Origin: Monocercomonoides exilis PA203
Taxonomy: Eukaryota > Protista > Preaxostyla
Direction of reading: 5' to 3'
DNA length: 64,000 nucleotides
NCBI GenBank assembly: GCA_001643675.2
Contig: LSRY02000036.1
Span: forward strand, 558,001-622,000
Shown: one piece after another, positions 1 to 15,000 of the stretch
Layout: every line of letters begins with the position of its first letter
How positions within the stretch are numbered: the first letter of the stretch is position 1
Program-made: the position numbers and the translations under genes
The notes under the pieces: generated by a model
The model's input: only the letters and a program-made list of their open reading frames with translations
Database searches by the model: none
Told to the model about the DNA's origin: nothing

Positions 1-2
1 GT

Positions 3-3000
3 CAACGAGAAACAACAGAATTTTATCGCTCCTCTTTGCTTTTTGACTTTCTTCTTCCTCTTTTCTTAGACAGATACACTGAAGCCTGCTCAACCTCCCT
101 TCCTTCTCAGCAAATGTCTTCTTCATCATCTTCATCTTCTTCATCATCTTCATTGCCTTCTTCACCTTCTTCTTCTTCTTCTCTAACATCTTCTTCTTCT
201 TTGTCTTTATCTTTATCTTCATCATCTTCCATTCCTAATCGCCCACCTTCTCCTTCTTCATCAGGCTCTTCTGATTCTTCGATGCCCTCTCGCCTGTTTC
301 TGCTGATGATGCAGCCGATGTACTTCTTCTTCAGCTCTGTTCTGCCTTTCTTCACAAATGAGAAGGAAGACAAATGGAAAGAAGAGAAAGAAGAAGAAGA
401 AGAAGAAGAGAAAGAAGAGAAAGAGAAGAAGGAAGCAGATGAGATTGGCAATTCAATGAAGAAGAATATCAAGAAAGAGAAAGACACTGATGATTCCGGT
501 TGTATTGATATTTCTTCTTCTTCTTCTTCTTCTTCTTCGCTTCCCAATGGCATTTTGCCTTCTGCTTGTCACATTCCATCTGATCCATCTTCTTTGCCTT
601 TGTCTGAAACACCCAAAAAACACTCAACAATTTCAAAGAAACACCTTTCTTCTCATTCGTCTTTGGAAATGAACACATCAGCACAAGTTCCTCTTCCTTC
701 TTCTTCTTCTTCTTCTTCTTCTTCTTCTTCTTCTTCTTCTCCTGTTTATCCAGAAGCAGCAAAGAATGAAGAACAAATCTTGCATCATCATCATCATCAT
801 CATCATCATCATTCGCAGCATTCGTATCAGACAAATGCTGGTGATGCTCAAGACATTTCATCAGATTTTACACAGGCGCTTCTCATAAACAACAACAAGG
901 CATTTCCATTTACTCCTTTTTCTCTCAAAGACTTCACTTTCTCCAATCAAAACTCATCATCATCATCATCTTCCTCTTCCTCCTCCTCTTCTTCCTCTTC
1001 CTCTTCCTCATCCTTTTCTTCCTCGTCCTCTTCTCAAATCACTCGTTTTGATCTGAATACACTTCATCCATCGCTTCTCACTCATTTCGTGCTGACTTCT
1101 TTCTCCCTCTCCTGCTTCACATTCGCCTTCTGCTCAAATCTTCCTCAAAATCACTTTGCTTCCACGTTGTTTTCATCTCAGTACAGACACAGCTACACAC
1201 TTCAATCAAAACACACTTCATCTTCTTCTCTTTCTTCTTCTTCTTCTTCTCTTTCTTCTTCTGCATCTTCTTCATCTTCTTCCTCATTCACAAACAATAA
1301 CCAGAAATATGTCCCATTCGAATCACAATCACCTCATTCACCAGACATTTCACAGTTCAGCCCTTTCTTTCACAGCACATCCTCAAACACACCAGACATT
1401 CACAGCACATCACACAACGCCTCACCTCTTTCTCATTCTCTTTCTCTTTCTCATTCTCTTTCTCTTTCTCATTCTCATTCTCTTTCTCATCCACATTTCA
1501 TTCCATCTGACCTCCCTTCACATCTCTTTGCCTCGCTCTGCTCTTCCCTCTCCTCTTCCTTCCACAACATGCTCACACACAGAATCGACGTCTTTTCTGT
1601 TCCCGATCTTCCTCTCTGGATTTCGCATCTTGTTCATCCGTTCAGCATTTACCTGCTTTTCCCCACGGCTGAAGCAGGCGAAGGAGATGACGACGATGAT
1701 GTAACCTCTCCCACTTTCTGCTTGAATGCTCCTGCTCTTCGTTCACTCACTTCTCCAATGAATGGCAATCAATGTGCTTTATCCACATCATCTGAGAATG
1801 TTTCTTCATCATCATCAGCTTCTTCTTCTTTTTCCTCTTACTCTTCTTCCTCTTCTTCTTCTTCATCAGCCAATCTTCCACTCCTCTTGTCTCTTCGCAT
1901 GCAGCTCTCCCAATCTGCCCAGCGCTTGCTCTTTTCCTGGCTTTCTGTTGAGTCGTTCGCAAAACTGAGCAAAAAGCACATGGCATCGCTGAATGAAATA
2001 TTCAGAAATTTCAGTCAGTCTCAGAAGAAAAAAGGGAAAGAAACAGACGCCGAAAGGAAGATAAACGATCAGCTTGCATTTTACTCGCTTCAGTTGCTGT
2101 CTCAACAGTCGATTTCAAATGAAGCAGAGACAAACATTACTTCTTTTGATAGCACTTCTGCTTCTTCTCCTTATTTCCCCAGTCAATCCCCTCCTTCTTA
2201 TTTGCAAAGGATGTCTGATTCTTCTTCTTCTTCTCCTCTTTCACCTCAAATCCCTTCTTCCTTTGCCTCTCCCACATCCTCCTCCTCCTCCTCCTCTGCT
2301 TCTATGCCCCCTCTGTCAGTCCCTCCTCTTCCTGCCACCACTTCTGATGAAATGCACTTCCAATTCTACTTCTCCCTCTCTTCACTCAGATCCCTCTCAT
2401 TCGTCAAGTCTTGCGATCAAGCAGCATTTGCCAGCCTTCTTTCGCTTCTTTCTCCTTCTTTCTCTTTCTCTGACCATCCAACGGCTCGGGCACCTTCTCC
2501 ATCTTCTCTCTCTTCTTTGTCTTTGGTCAATGCTTCATCTACCGCTTTTCCTTCTTCTTCTTCTTCTTCTTCTTCTTCCTTTTCTTCCTCCTCCTCTCCC
2601 TCCTTTTCTTCTTCATCTGGTTCTTCCTCATTCTCCTCCTCCTCTTCTTCTCTCAACTTTGCCTCCAATCTGCTTTCTCTTCTTCACTCCCACTCCACTT
2701 CAGCCGTCTTGCTCGCCTTCTCCTTTCTCGCTTCTCGTCTTATTCTTCTTTCAGAGCGGAAAAGAAAAGAGCAAAGAGAAATCAGACAGAAACGAGCGCT
2801 GCTGGCGAGGAAAGTGATTATGGAGTACAATTTTGACCCGTTTGAAGCGAATGGGCAGAGCCAGACAAAAAACAAAGGCGAATTCGACGACAGCGACATC
2901 CCAGAAGACGAAAGAGAAATGAGAAGAGAAATTATGCTCGAAGAGTTTTTGGATGTGCCAAGAGCAAGCTCACCATTATCTTCGACATCATCATCTTCCT

Positions 3001-6000
3001 CTTCTTCCTCTTCTTCCTCTTCCTCTTCCCCTTCATCTGTTTTGGATGATTCTTCATCTATTACCATGCCTTTTTCCTCTTCCTCTTCTTCCTCTTCCTC
3101 ATCTTCTTCATTTTGCGATCCCTCGACTTCACTTTATTGGACAACTGTTCTCATCGAAATTGTTGCTTATTCTTTTGGCGCAAGCGTCTTCTCTCAACCT
3201 TCTTCATCGTCGTCATCATCATCTCCATCCACAACACCCTCTTTATCAGCTTCTGCCTCTTCTTCTCCAATATCATCTCTTTCTTCAACAGCCACATCCA
3301 ATTCTGATTCATTAGCTTCAAACTTCTCCCAACTCTCTCAAACACACCAAGATCCCTTCACTCGTTCTTTGTCATCTGGCTCATCTCCTTCCCCTTCCCC
3401 TTCCTTTTCTCGCTCTCTGTCTCCTTCTCTCCTCCTCACTCCGTCAACCTCTGCCCCTCCCCCTTCAATCCAATCATCTCAGAAGCTTTCTCTCTCAAAA
3501 CTGCGACGCTCTTCAATTGGAACACCATCGCCACTGTCTTCTTCATCCACCGCAAAGACTGCCAAACCATCTTCACTTCGCAAATCGACTTCTGACTCTT
3601 CATTTCCTCCTCTTTTGACTGGCGAATCCGAAGAAGAAGCTTCTTCGCTTTCACACTCTGCTTCGCATTCATTTGTCACTCCTCCTTCATTCAGTGCTCA
3701 CTTCACTCATTCAAAACAACTGGATGCTCAGTCAATGTTCCCAAGCTCTCTTTCATTGCTCGACAAGTTCTTTCGAGTCATCTCGCCTTCTGTTCTGTCT
3801 CATTCATCTGCCAACCAAAGCCCTTCTGAATCAAAAGGATCCACGACACTCTTTTCATTGTCTGCTCCTTATTCGTTTCTGTCTTCCACTTCATCATCGC
3901 CTCATGCACTTTCTTTGAACACGCATTCTCCTTCATTATCTTCTTCATTTGATGATATCAATACACCAGTCTCTTTTTCCTCATCGCATTCTCCTCCTCC
4001 TCTTTTCACTCTCATTTTGTCAAACATTTTGTCTGCCTATCTTTTGACTTCAACATCTTTTTTATCTTTTTCTGTGTGTTTGGAAATCTGCCTTCCTTTT
4101 CTTCTTCTTCTTTCGCACACTCGACTTGTCTGTGAACAGTTTATCGTTCATTTAGAGATGCAAAAGCAATCCTATCACCAACTCACTTTGGGAAACAAAC
4201 AGTCTCATCCAAGCAGATTACTCCATTGTCCATTCAGATCGCCTTCTCTTCTCTTTTTCCATCCAAACACAACTCTGTCGCTGGCTGCGTCTCATCTCCA
4301 CCTGATTCTCTTGCTCAGCCACCGAAGCACAACAGAGCAGCTGACCATTCTTGTTGAGGATATTCTTTCGCATCCTTCTCTTTTTCCCTCGTCGCTTCTG
4401 TTCATTGCTCTTGTGAAAGTCACTTGGCTTATCCGAAATGGGGAGAAAGAGCGGCTGCACCTGTGGAACCAGATCAGAGGCGGAAGCAAAGCGATTTGCG
4501 AGCTGAGTCAGTTTGAAGACGACAGTGTGACAGACAAAGACGATGTGAGATGGATGGTGGAAGGGCTGTGGATTGATGATGGGGTTATTAAAGACGAAGG
4601 ATACAAAAACAGGAAGAAGGAGTTTGTGAACAGTTGGGAGTCAAATGTTGAGAGATGCAAAATGCCAGTCAACCAGAACTATCAAATGCATCATCAGCAA
4701 CAAAAAGCGAAGAAAAAGAAAAAATCAACAAAGAAAGCGAACATTGGGCACAATTCTTTGCCTTCGCTGTCACAAAATCAACATTCCATCGGAAGAAGCA
4801 ATCTTCTGACGCAGTTGAATGCTGAAGATGCTGAGATGGATGATGATGACAGTGACGATGAATACGGAACCGATAAGGCAGTAGACAACAGCAACGCTGA
4901 GGGAAGTGGGAAAAACGGAGAGAAAGGAGAGAAAGGAGAAGAACATGACAATTCCGAAGATGAAGAAGAGGAGGGAGAATTTGATTCGGATGATCAAAAT
5001 TTGTGTCTTTTGACAGATCCATTGTTGAAAATGGGGAAGGAAATGATGTCCAATCAGGAGAGGAAAGCAGACAAATACAACAAACTGATGACAAAATGGA
5101 TAACCTCTGTTTTCAAAAGGGCAAGTGATGGTGAATTTTGTGGTTCATCTTCTCCTTCTGGTTCTTTACCAACACATGCTTCTGAGAAAGTATCTTTCAC
5201 CACACTTATTCAGACAGGTGTGGCTAATCTTATCCATTGCTTATTGACTGCGCGAGATGCAGTGAAACAGAGTGATTCGAGCACAATTTATTGGACGCAG
5301 CAATTGCTGAAGATCGAAGGAAGAGGAGCCACTCGTTCTCTGCTGATGGGCTTGTCTCTCTTTGCCGTGTCGCACCCGCTGCGTTTGTTTCAGGACTTGT
5401 GGGATTCGATTATGACAGGAATTCTTGTTCCTGAGAGGATTGCTTTGATGGAAGCGGAAGAAAGAGCACTAAGCGCACATCTTTTGAGGGAGCATCTGGC
5501 AAGTGCAAAACTGGAGAGAGTAAGGGACGTTGTTGGTTTTGGAATGCTTTTGCAAATTCAAGATAAGTTCATTCAAACTATTGTCATTGAATTTCTAACG
5601 AAACTTGTGTTGGAGAGCGAAGATACTCAGCAACTTGTGTATTTTTCGACTATTCCATACTTGTCATTAGATTTCAATGAAATTCTTGATGAACAAGCAG
5701 AAGAATTTGGATGTGAAGGAGACAGATGGTTCAAGTTCAAATTCCCCAAAGGAAAGAACCTTGATGCATTGCAACCTTCTTCTTCATCATCTTCGGCGGT
5801 TGTATCTCCTCAACGATTACATCCCAGTTTTGTGGATGACATGACTGAATATGACGATTATTCAACAACAGAACGCTTCGAATCCACAAAAACTGTGACA
5901 ATTTGCGATTTGATGGTCGATCTTCTCTTGTCTCCTTTTCCCGAAGTGCGCATTTGTGCTACAGATTTCTTCATTGCTTTTCTTTCATTCGGAACTCTCC

Positions 6001-9000
6001 CTTCATCGACACTTGTACATCCTGAAAGGAGTCCTCCGTGTGTTCGTTCTCTTTTATCTCCCTCGCTTTCATCTCTGATAAATCCAAATCTTTCGCTATT
6101 TTCTCCATCCACATCTGTGTCTAATATTGGCTGCACCCCTTCTCCATTTCCTGGACCCTCGTCTTCTGCTGTCACTTCTCAGACCTTTCACAATTCAGGA
6201 TTGACAAGTGAGTCTATTTATCCAGCCTATATTCTTGCTGACGAATCGGCTGATTCGTTTGTTGAAGTTTGTGGATACAGATTGCATGCAGTGAGCCACG
6301 CATTAGCCTTGTCATGTCAGCAATTTGTGTGGCAGAAGATGCAGATAAACTTGATTGAAGTACTTAGAAGAAGAAGTAATTGTATGAGAGAATTTGAAAA
6401 AGAAGATAGATTTAAAAGAATGAAAACAAAAAGAAGGCATAAAAGCAAGGTGAATGAAAGAAATAGCTTTTCATTAAACAAGAAAACAAGTTTGTTAGAA
6501 AGCAAGTTTTATCCAAACATTCAATCGCATGCAGCTGATGAATTTTGCTTGGATTCTTCTTCAAGTTCTTTGAGCTTTGTTGAGACTGATTCGAATTCCA
6601 TTAAGCAACAAAACAAATATTGTGAAAGTGAAAGTGCAGGGAATGAAAGAAGAACGAGACAAGACAATGGAAGGCACCATATGAGACTTAATTGGAGAGA
6701 AGTGAAGAAATTTGAGAATGAAAGCCAAAGAAAAGAATTGTACAGATATAATTTGATTAACAAAACATTTTTATCAGATAAATGCAAGAGTGAGAGAGAA
6801 TGCCTTGTTGAAGAATTTTGCCATCCAAATGATAAATCGACAGAATTTGTTGTAGGTACAGAAGAGCATTGCATCAGTGCATCAGAAATGACGATGCTCG
6901 ATCATCCGCACTTCCTCTCTTCCATTTTATCTTTTTATTCTTTGATGGCTCAAATGGGGCTGGGCTCAGATCTAGCAGCATTTGAGACATTTGATGCTGT
7001 TGGAGAAGGAGAACGCGCTTTTGATGGCATCTTCAAACAAGGTTATTTAGAGTTTATGAAGCCATATTGTTATGCTGCTTCTAAAAACTCACCAATTAAA
7101 TCATCTTGTACTAATTCATCAAACGAACAACAAATCAAAAAGAAGGCTTTTGTTGAAAATGATGAGCAGTTGGAAACAAAAAGCGTGCTTGCAACTTCAT
7201 CTTCGTTGTTATCTTCTTCGCTTTCAAGTCCATCCTTAACGAATCGTAGCAGAAATAATATAGACACCTTATCGACTTCTTTATGTTCACGCAATAACTT
7301 CCTTGGCATTATTCGTCAACCTCCGTTTCTGCAAAACACATTGTTCCGGAGTTATTTAGGAACAAAATTCCTGACTTTTCCATATCGATCGATATCTCCA
7401 TCTCTTTCATTTCTTCTGAACATGCCCAGCTTCCGCTGCAGCACAACCAAGCAGAAAAAAGTTGAAAGGTATTCTTCGTCTTCTTGTCTGTCCTTACGCT
7501 CATCTGCTTCTGATTTGTGTCGACTGAGTAAATCTTCTTCTAATTCAAGTTTGAGAATGGTATCCAGAACAAATAAAGATGAGCATTCAAGTGAACATTC
7601 TCCTCGAAACCGCGTCGAACACAAAAAACTGGATTGTCTTTCTTCTTCTGACAACGATAGCTGTCTTCCACACTCAACTCCGCAAAGTACGACCAACTTT
7701 GACAATTCTTATTCTATATCAAATTCTTTTGACCCGACGAAAAAACATTCTTTGGTCAACTTGTTGTGCATATCATTATCAATGGATTATCCATTTAATC
7801 TTTTGGCTTCAGAAGCACTTGGAGAATTCTTATTGCGAAGCAGGAAATTTAGAACAATTGCTGAGGAGGAGGAAGAGGAATATGCAAAAAAGAAGGAAAG
7901 AAAAACAGAAAAAGACGATAGTGACAACGATCACTTTCTGAGTGTATATTCACCAGGAATGATTCAATGTGTGATGCATCTGCTAATGAAATCCTCATTT
8001 GAATTCGTGGCTAATGCTTTATTGCTTTCTTCTCGCTTTGAAACAGAAGAATTCTTTTCAAAGCTCGATGGAACAAACAACTTAGCTTTTGTGTCTCCTG
8101 ATTTCGTTGAAAAAATGACTAATCACTTTTTCTCGTTCACAAACAGCTCAATCGTAGAAACAACTGCTTCTACGTTGCGATGCATTGAAACGCTAGCAAA
8201 ATGCAGCCAGACAAATTGTGCCACAATTATGTCTTTCATCTGTAATGAAGATAGTTCTTTTGAAGAGGAGCTGGACAAGAAGTCAATAAACACATTGAAT
8301 AAGGATAATGAACCAATTCTTTCATCCAATAAAAGACAAACACAGAGCGACAAAGAAAATCATACGAATTATGCTGACAAGCACTTTCCGAAACATAAAA
8401 CAAATGAATCAAAACCATTAATGAAACCTGTTATAATCACAGTAATCGATTCCATTCTTCGCCTTTTTATTTATCTTTCTTTATGTTATGAAGGGAAAGA
8501 TTGCTTACATATTAATTCATCACAATTTCATGATGAGGAGACGAGATCAAAACCATTAGCTTCTATAGGCTCCACAAAGTTTCCTGTTCTAACTGCAACG
8601 TATTCAACTTTTGACTCACAAAGCAATCGTTCTCTTCTTCCTCCTGTTCGCAATGAGAAAAGAGACATGCAGATAAAACAGTCAATAAAGAATGATTGGA
8701 AACAGAGAATGGATTTGATGGAAAGAAGACAGTTCATCCGCTGGCAAACGCAGAACAGAAGGATTGGAGAGAAAGATGAAGACGCTGCTGCGAGGCGAAG
8801 AGGTGAAAAGCAACCATACGGATTGTTTTTTGATTGGACTGATGGACAAGAAACGATAATTCTGGATGAAGAGAAAGAAGACAATATGGAAAGTGCATTA
8901 AGAGTTGTCAATGGTGAGAATGCTCTGTTGGAAGAAAACAAAAGAAGTTTGTTCAGCTACACGACAAGTGCTAATACGAAAAATTTGAATGAAGATAAAA

Positions 9001-12000
9001 TTAAATCTTTTGAAACAAAGCCTATCTGTGAAGAAAAGTACTTTTTCTCGTTTTTGACTTCTTTGAATGAAAGGAAAGAACTCTCAACGAATGGAAATTG
9101 GCACTTACGTCGCAGGATGTCAACAGTTGAGAAGAAGGACAAAAAAGCAAAGAATGCAAATGATGGCAGTGAGAATGACGAAAAGGAAAGAAAAGCAGCC
9201 GTTAATGTTCTTTCTGTTGACAGCCAATCTTTTATTCAATCACCTTCAACTTCTCACGCTTTATCGTCGTTTAGCACATCCACAACTTCTATTCAGCCAT
9301 CGGTCGCTTCCTTATCTCCATGTGCTTTCATTAATAACCCATTGCACAAATCTCTTCTCCTCACAAGATTGCTGATATCCACGTTGAAAGCTGTGCATTC
9401 GTTGCTTTGCCCATTGACTCTTTCATTTTTCAGTGAAAGTCTCTTTTCAAGTGCATACAATTATCAGCTTGAATCTTCTGTTTGTCTGCCTTCTTTGGAA
9501 GCAAATGATGCAGTCACAGATCAGCAGAATTCAATAAAAGATAATTCTTCAGAAGGACAGTTAAATCCAAACTCAGCTGCTTCTGGCTCATCTTATTCTC
9601 CAAATGCTATTTTGTTTCATTGCTCCATTTTATCACTTATTTCAATTTTGTTGTCAATTATTCGTGAATCAGAAGTGCAACGATGGTGTGTTAATGTGCT
9701 CAAAAAGGCATTCCTTATCAGCTCCTCACAGTCATATTTGCAAATTTTGGAGAAGAAAATATACGAGAGCAAAAAGAAAAATGAAATGAAAAAGGAAAAA
9801 GAACGAAAGAGACAAAAGTCAAGGGAGGTTGAAGCAGGTCCTGAAATAGAAAGAGGAAGGAGAGAAAGATGTTATTCATTGACAAATGGTCAAAATGACA
9901 GTGAAGCTGTTGAAAGGTTAGTGTCTATTGAGAGGAGAGATTCTTCTTTTGGAACTGAGTCATTTTCCTTCAAGCGGACTGAATTTCTGTCGCTAAGTCC
10001 AAAAACAAGTGGAGTCAAATTTGCGAATGAAAAAAGCAACTTTGAGAATTCAAATAATTCTGAACAAGAAGCAATATTAGAAACTGAATTAAATGCAATT
10101 CAAAATTCGTCAAAGGATAAACCATTTGAGATGGTGATGAACGGAATGACACAAATATTTGAAGACTTTTGTGAGAGAGGCGTAGCAGTCGCATTGAAGC
10201 CATCTTCACCTTCAACTCCAACTGAAACATCAGAAGATTTGCTGTTCCCATTGGATAACTTTGAATATGAAGCACAGACAACTTTGAATGCTGTGAGTGA
10301 AGATCCATTCAGTTCTGCATCTGAACAAGAGAAACAGCTTTCTGTTGATGTGATCATGAACAAACTTGCGGACACTCAGATTTCAGAACAAAGTGATTTT
10401 TCATTCAACGAAAGGGAAGAGTTGCCAACTCTTCAAAAGATTAGCGAAAAAGAAGAGGGAGAAGAAGAGGTCAGTTTGGATACAAACGGAAAGCCAATTG
10501 CAAGAGAGAAGGCAGGTCACAAGCATTTGAGTGAAGAAAACTCAAAAATCACCAAAAAAGATAAAGATAAAGATAAAGATAAAGATAAAAAGAAAAAGAA
10601 GGGTGAAAGAAGAGAAAAGAGCGAAAGAACAAAGAAAGCAAAGCACACTTCAGAAGAGAAAGAGATTGAAAAGAAACAAGAATCCGACGTTTCTGATGCA
10701 GAAAAGTTGAACTTAGCATTGAAAGAAGTGAGAGATAAGAAGAAAGAGAGAAAGAGAGAAGAGAAGAGAAGAAGAAAGCCTCAACAGATACGCCAGCTGG
10801 ATGAAATAAGAGATTTGTCAGCAATCCAATCCTCTCCTTTTCTTACACCTGTTTATTCTCAGAGTCCGACATCATCATCATCCTCTTCTTCTTCTCCAGC
10901 TGTGTCATTGCCAATGCAGAATTTCCAGTCTTCCTTGGTCACTTCTCCTCTTCCGTCTTATTACTATTCCTCCTTCCCGTCTGCCTCGTGGTATCTGCTT
11001 TCGTCGGCTGCTCTTCCACATTTGGACTATTCGCACAAGCCACTCAGTTCCCGATGTCTCATCAAAGGAAGGATGTATGCTTTCTTGCTGGACAAGCTGC
11101 CGAACAAGCTGAAGCAAAAAATGCTTCAAAAGGGAAATCAAACGAATTTTTATGAACGTAGGAAATCTTTAAGCACAAGCATTTCTTCGCCAAACATTCA
11201 TCTTGGCAGTTATAATAATAATAATAATAACAGTGACAGCAGCAATTCTTTGCAATCTCCTCTTCATCTGCTGCAAAAGCTGGCTCAGATGCAAAGCCAA
11301 GAGAGCGACCAAGAAGCGAACTCTCGCTCCCATCTCATTCACCCACTTCTTTCCACCACTCCAACCACGTTGTTTGTTCCACGCCAACCTCATCAGATGA
11401 CAAAGGCTGAACAGAAATTGATGAAAAACTATCAAAGCTCTGCTTTTCAGCCTGATTCTTCTGATTCAGGCGCAGATTCTTCATTCATTCGTGTCTCTTC
11501 TTCTCTATTGCCTTCAAACGCAGTTGAATTATCTGTTTTCACACAAATGTTTGCATCAAACAAACTCATCGATTCTGTGAGAGCTGCATTCACTTCTCCA
11601 TACACTTTGATATTTACAGGTGTCTCCACTCCGATGAATTCTCCTTCGAATTCATCATCTCCAATAACATCATCATCATCATCATCAACTTCTTCTTCTT
11701 CTTTGTCTTCTCTGTCTTCTGCCTGCTCCTCACCAACATCACTCCAGACACAGACTCAACAGCAGCCACAATTCAAAGCCTCGTTTTCATGTCAGATGAG
11801 TTGTGGCTCACTTTCTTTCCAGCAGATAAAAGAAGATGCAACACCCGTCTGCTTTCGCCAAATGCCTAATTTGATACAGAAATCACCTTCTTCCAGTTCC
11901 TCCTCTTCTTCCTCTTCTTCTTCTTCCTCTTCTTCTTCTTTTTCCAGTTTGCCTTCTGCAACGTCATCTCCATTATCTTCGTCATTGTTGCTGTCTTCTC

Positions 12001-15000
12001 CTTCTTCTTCCATTTCGTCTTGCTCTTCTTCTCCAAAGAATATTCCTTTGATCGATCCTTCCATCCCATTTTTCGCTTCTTCGATGAACGTGTCAGCCAC
12101 ACACCATTCTGTCTTTCGCGCTTCGCTTCCGTCGCCTCTCCCCAGAAGATATCACATGCTTCTTCCATATTCCTATGTCCCTCCAATTTTTGAAGCGTTT
12201 GCGCATAATTTCTCTTCCAAACGTGTTTACGAATTTGAACAGGAAAAAGAACGAATGAACACAATATCTTCTTCAACATCATCATCATCAACATCTTCTT
12301 CTACTACTTTTGGAAACGCACATCTTTCCTCATCTATTTCGCCGACTCAAAGAAAGCGATCTCTCAACAAGAATGCAAACAGAAGTCACTCAACAGATTC
12401 CTCCTCTTCCTCTGAAGAACATTCTTCTGCCTCGTCTCTATCCCCTCGCCAGCACCGTGTGTCTCCATCTGTCGCTATGCAGAGCATCTCGTCCAGCGGC
12501 CCCTTTTCGATGTCTCAGCCACCCCCTCCTCCTCCGTTTGACCCACTCAACCACACCGTCCTCTTCTCCTGGCCAATCTTCGCCTCTCCTCTTTTGCATC
12601 CGCCGATGAATGTAGCTCCACCTGCTCTTGTGACAGCATTCACAAAAAGAAGGGTAGTTTCAGACGGTGAGCCTGTCTTGCAGGAAAGGTTGACGAACTT
12701 GATGGAAGGCGAATTCAAAGAGTGGACTGAGTTTGAAGACGAAGAAGGAGAATCCCTGCCACAGTTGGTGAACGAAGAGGACATCAACATTCTGACTGGT
12801 GAACGATTTCTGCCGAAAGTTCTGCCAAAACATGGCCTGTTGGATAAAAATGGAAGAGAAATAGATTCGTCAACAGCTGCGAAACACGGCATTTCTCCTT
12901 TATCATCCACAACCACAAATGTCTCATCCTCCTCATCTTCCTCCTCTTCTTCTTCTGTTCCAAGCACATCAAACGTGTTCCGCTTGCATCTGATTCAGAT
13001 GGTGCGGGGGGTGTATTGGTGCATGGTGAGCAGCGGGGGATGGGAAAATCAGGAAAGAGAGTGGTGGAAAGTGGCTGATGAGATGGAGAAGGACAACAGA
13101 GAAAAAAGAGCAATGGCACGAGAGATGAGAAGAAGAAAGCTGAAGGAAAGGAGAGAGGAAAGGAGAAAGAGAAGAGAAGAAGCGAGAATTTTGATGAAAA
13201 AGGAGAAAGTCCCTTCGAGACAAATGGCTGATGCTCTGATAGAATGCATTTATGATCAGTCACAAACTTATTTTTCCAGTCAAACCGCTGTACAACCATC
13301 AGCTTTGCCCGCACCATCTTCTTCTTCTTCTTCCTCTTCTTCCTCTCCTTCGCCAATTTCAATGAAACTTGCTTCATCGTTGTCAATTCTCCCTCATCAG
13401 TCGGATTCTCAATCGTCTTCGAGCATTTCATCTGCATCTGCATCTTCAACAACATCATCCTCCTCTCCGCATTCCATTCAAAATACTTCCACACCATCAC
13501 ATCCTCCTTCTCTAACACAGCCAGAAGATCTCTTCATCCCACCTCTCATTCTGTCTCCTTCTCAGTTCCATCAATCGCATTCAGCTGCCTCACGCGCTGC
13601 ATCTTCTCTGTACAACAGCCTTATGCAAGTTACCAGCCTCATCCACCGCTATCCCTCGCTCATTGAAGAGATGCTCAAGCCCTATCAGAACGGACTCCTC
13701 AAAGAAAAGGGAATAATGCCAGGGTTTTTCAATGAGGAGAAGGTGTATGAGAGCATGGCAGTGTTTCGAGAGAGGAGACGGAGAGAAAACAGAGCGCTAC
13801 GCAGAAGAAGAGCTTTTCATAGCCAACTTTTGCAACTTGAGAAGACGCGGATGAGAGAAAGCTACAACAGAATGAGGAAGATGAAGAAGAAGAGGAAGAT
13901 GAGGATTGTTCAGGCAATCAAACAGAAATTTGGAATAAAAGAAGAAAATGAAGAAGGAAAAATATTGCAAAGAAAAGATGAAATGAAAAAAGGAAAGGAA
14001 CGAGAAATTCGAGAAGACAAAAAAGAAGGAAAAAATGAAGAAAGCAAAGAAAGCAAGGAAATTGAGGGATCAGAAGGAGAAAGTGAAGTTTATCACTATG
14101 AAGAAGATCGATGCATAAGCTTTTACGATCCAAATCTGCGAGAAAAGCTGCAAATGAATGAGAAAAGGAGGAATGCTGAATTAATCAAAAACTCCATCAG
14201 ATTGAAGAAGATGCTGTCAGCGAAGCATCAGCAGAGCATAAAGGAGAAGAACAGAAAGAAGATGAAAGAAAATGAAGAAGAAGAAGAGGAGGAGAAAAGA
14301 ATGGTAAATGAACAAAGGAAGAATAAAAGAAAAAGCAGAAGTTTGAGAAAAGTTGATGCTGACGAGAAAGCAAAAGAAGGAAATCGAAATCCACACGAAG
14401 AAGAAGAAAGTTCAGGGGATGAAGTAGAAAATGAGTCTGAGTCTGAATCTGAATCAGTTGAGGAAGATGAGGTTGAAGGGAATAACGAATTAAACACAGC
14501 AGGAAATTGCAGAAAGAACAAAAAATGTGGAAAGAAGCAAAAAGATAAGCTCAAAACAGAAGGAGAGTCAAATGAAGACGAAGAGAGTGAATCTGAAAGT
14601 GCAGCTGGAGAAGGCGAAGGAGAAGAAAAGTCGAAGCGTTTTCGGTTGGAAAACAAGAACAAGAGTGGCAAACATCACTCCAAAAGGCGTGGCTTTTCTC
14701 CTCCTTCTCTTTCTCCGCAGCCGTCTTCTCCTCAATCACAGCATGCAATTACATCAGTCCTGTCAACGACGCCTTATCGCTTCAGCAACATTTCGTGGAG
14801 AAACTTCAGAAAATACGACTTTGTGTTTGACAATTCTTTGAGAACTGTAACAGACTCAACGTCTGACTTCAACCACTTCTGGAAGCAGTTCTCGCCATTC
14901 CACAGGAAGAAACGAGATTCCAACAGAAGAAGCTCCAAAAGGCATCACACTTCTTCTGATAAAAAGACATCTGAAGCAAAAGTCTTGTCAGCTTCAACAT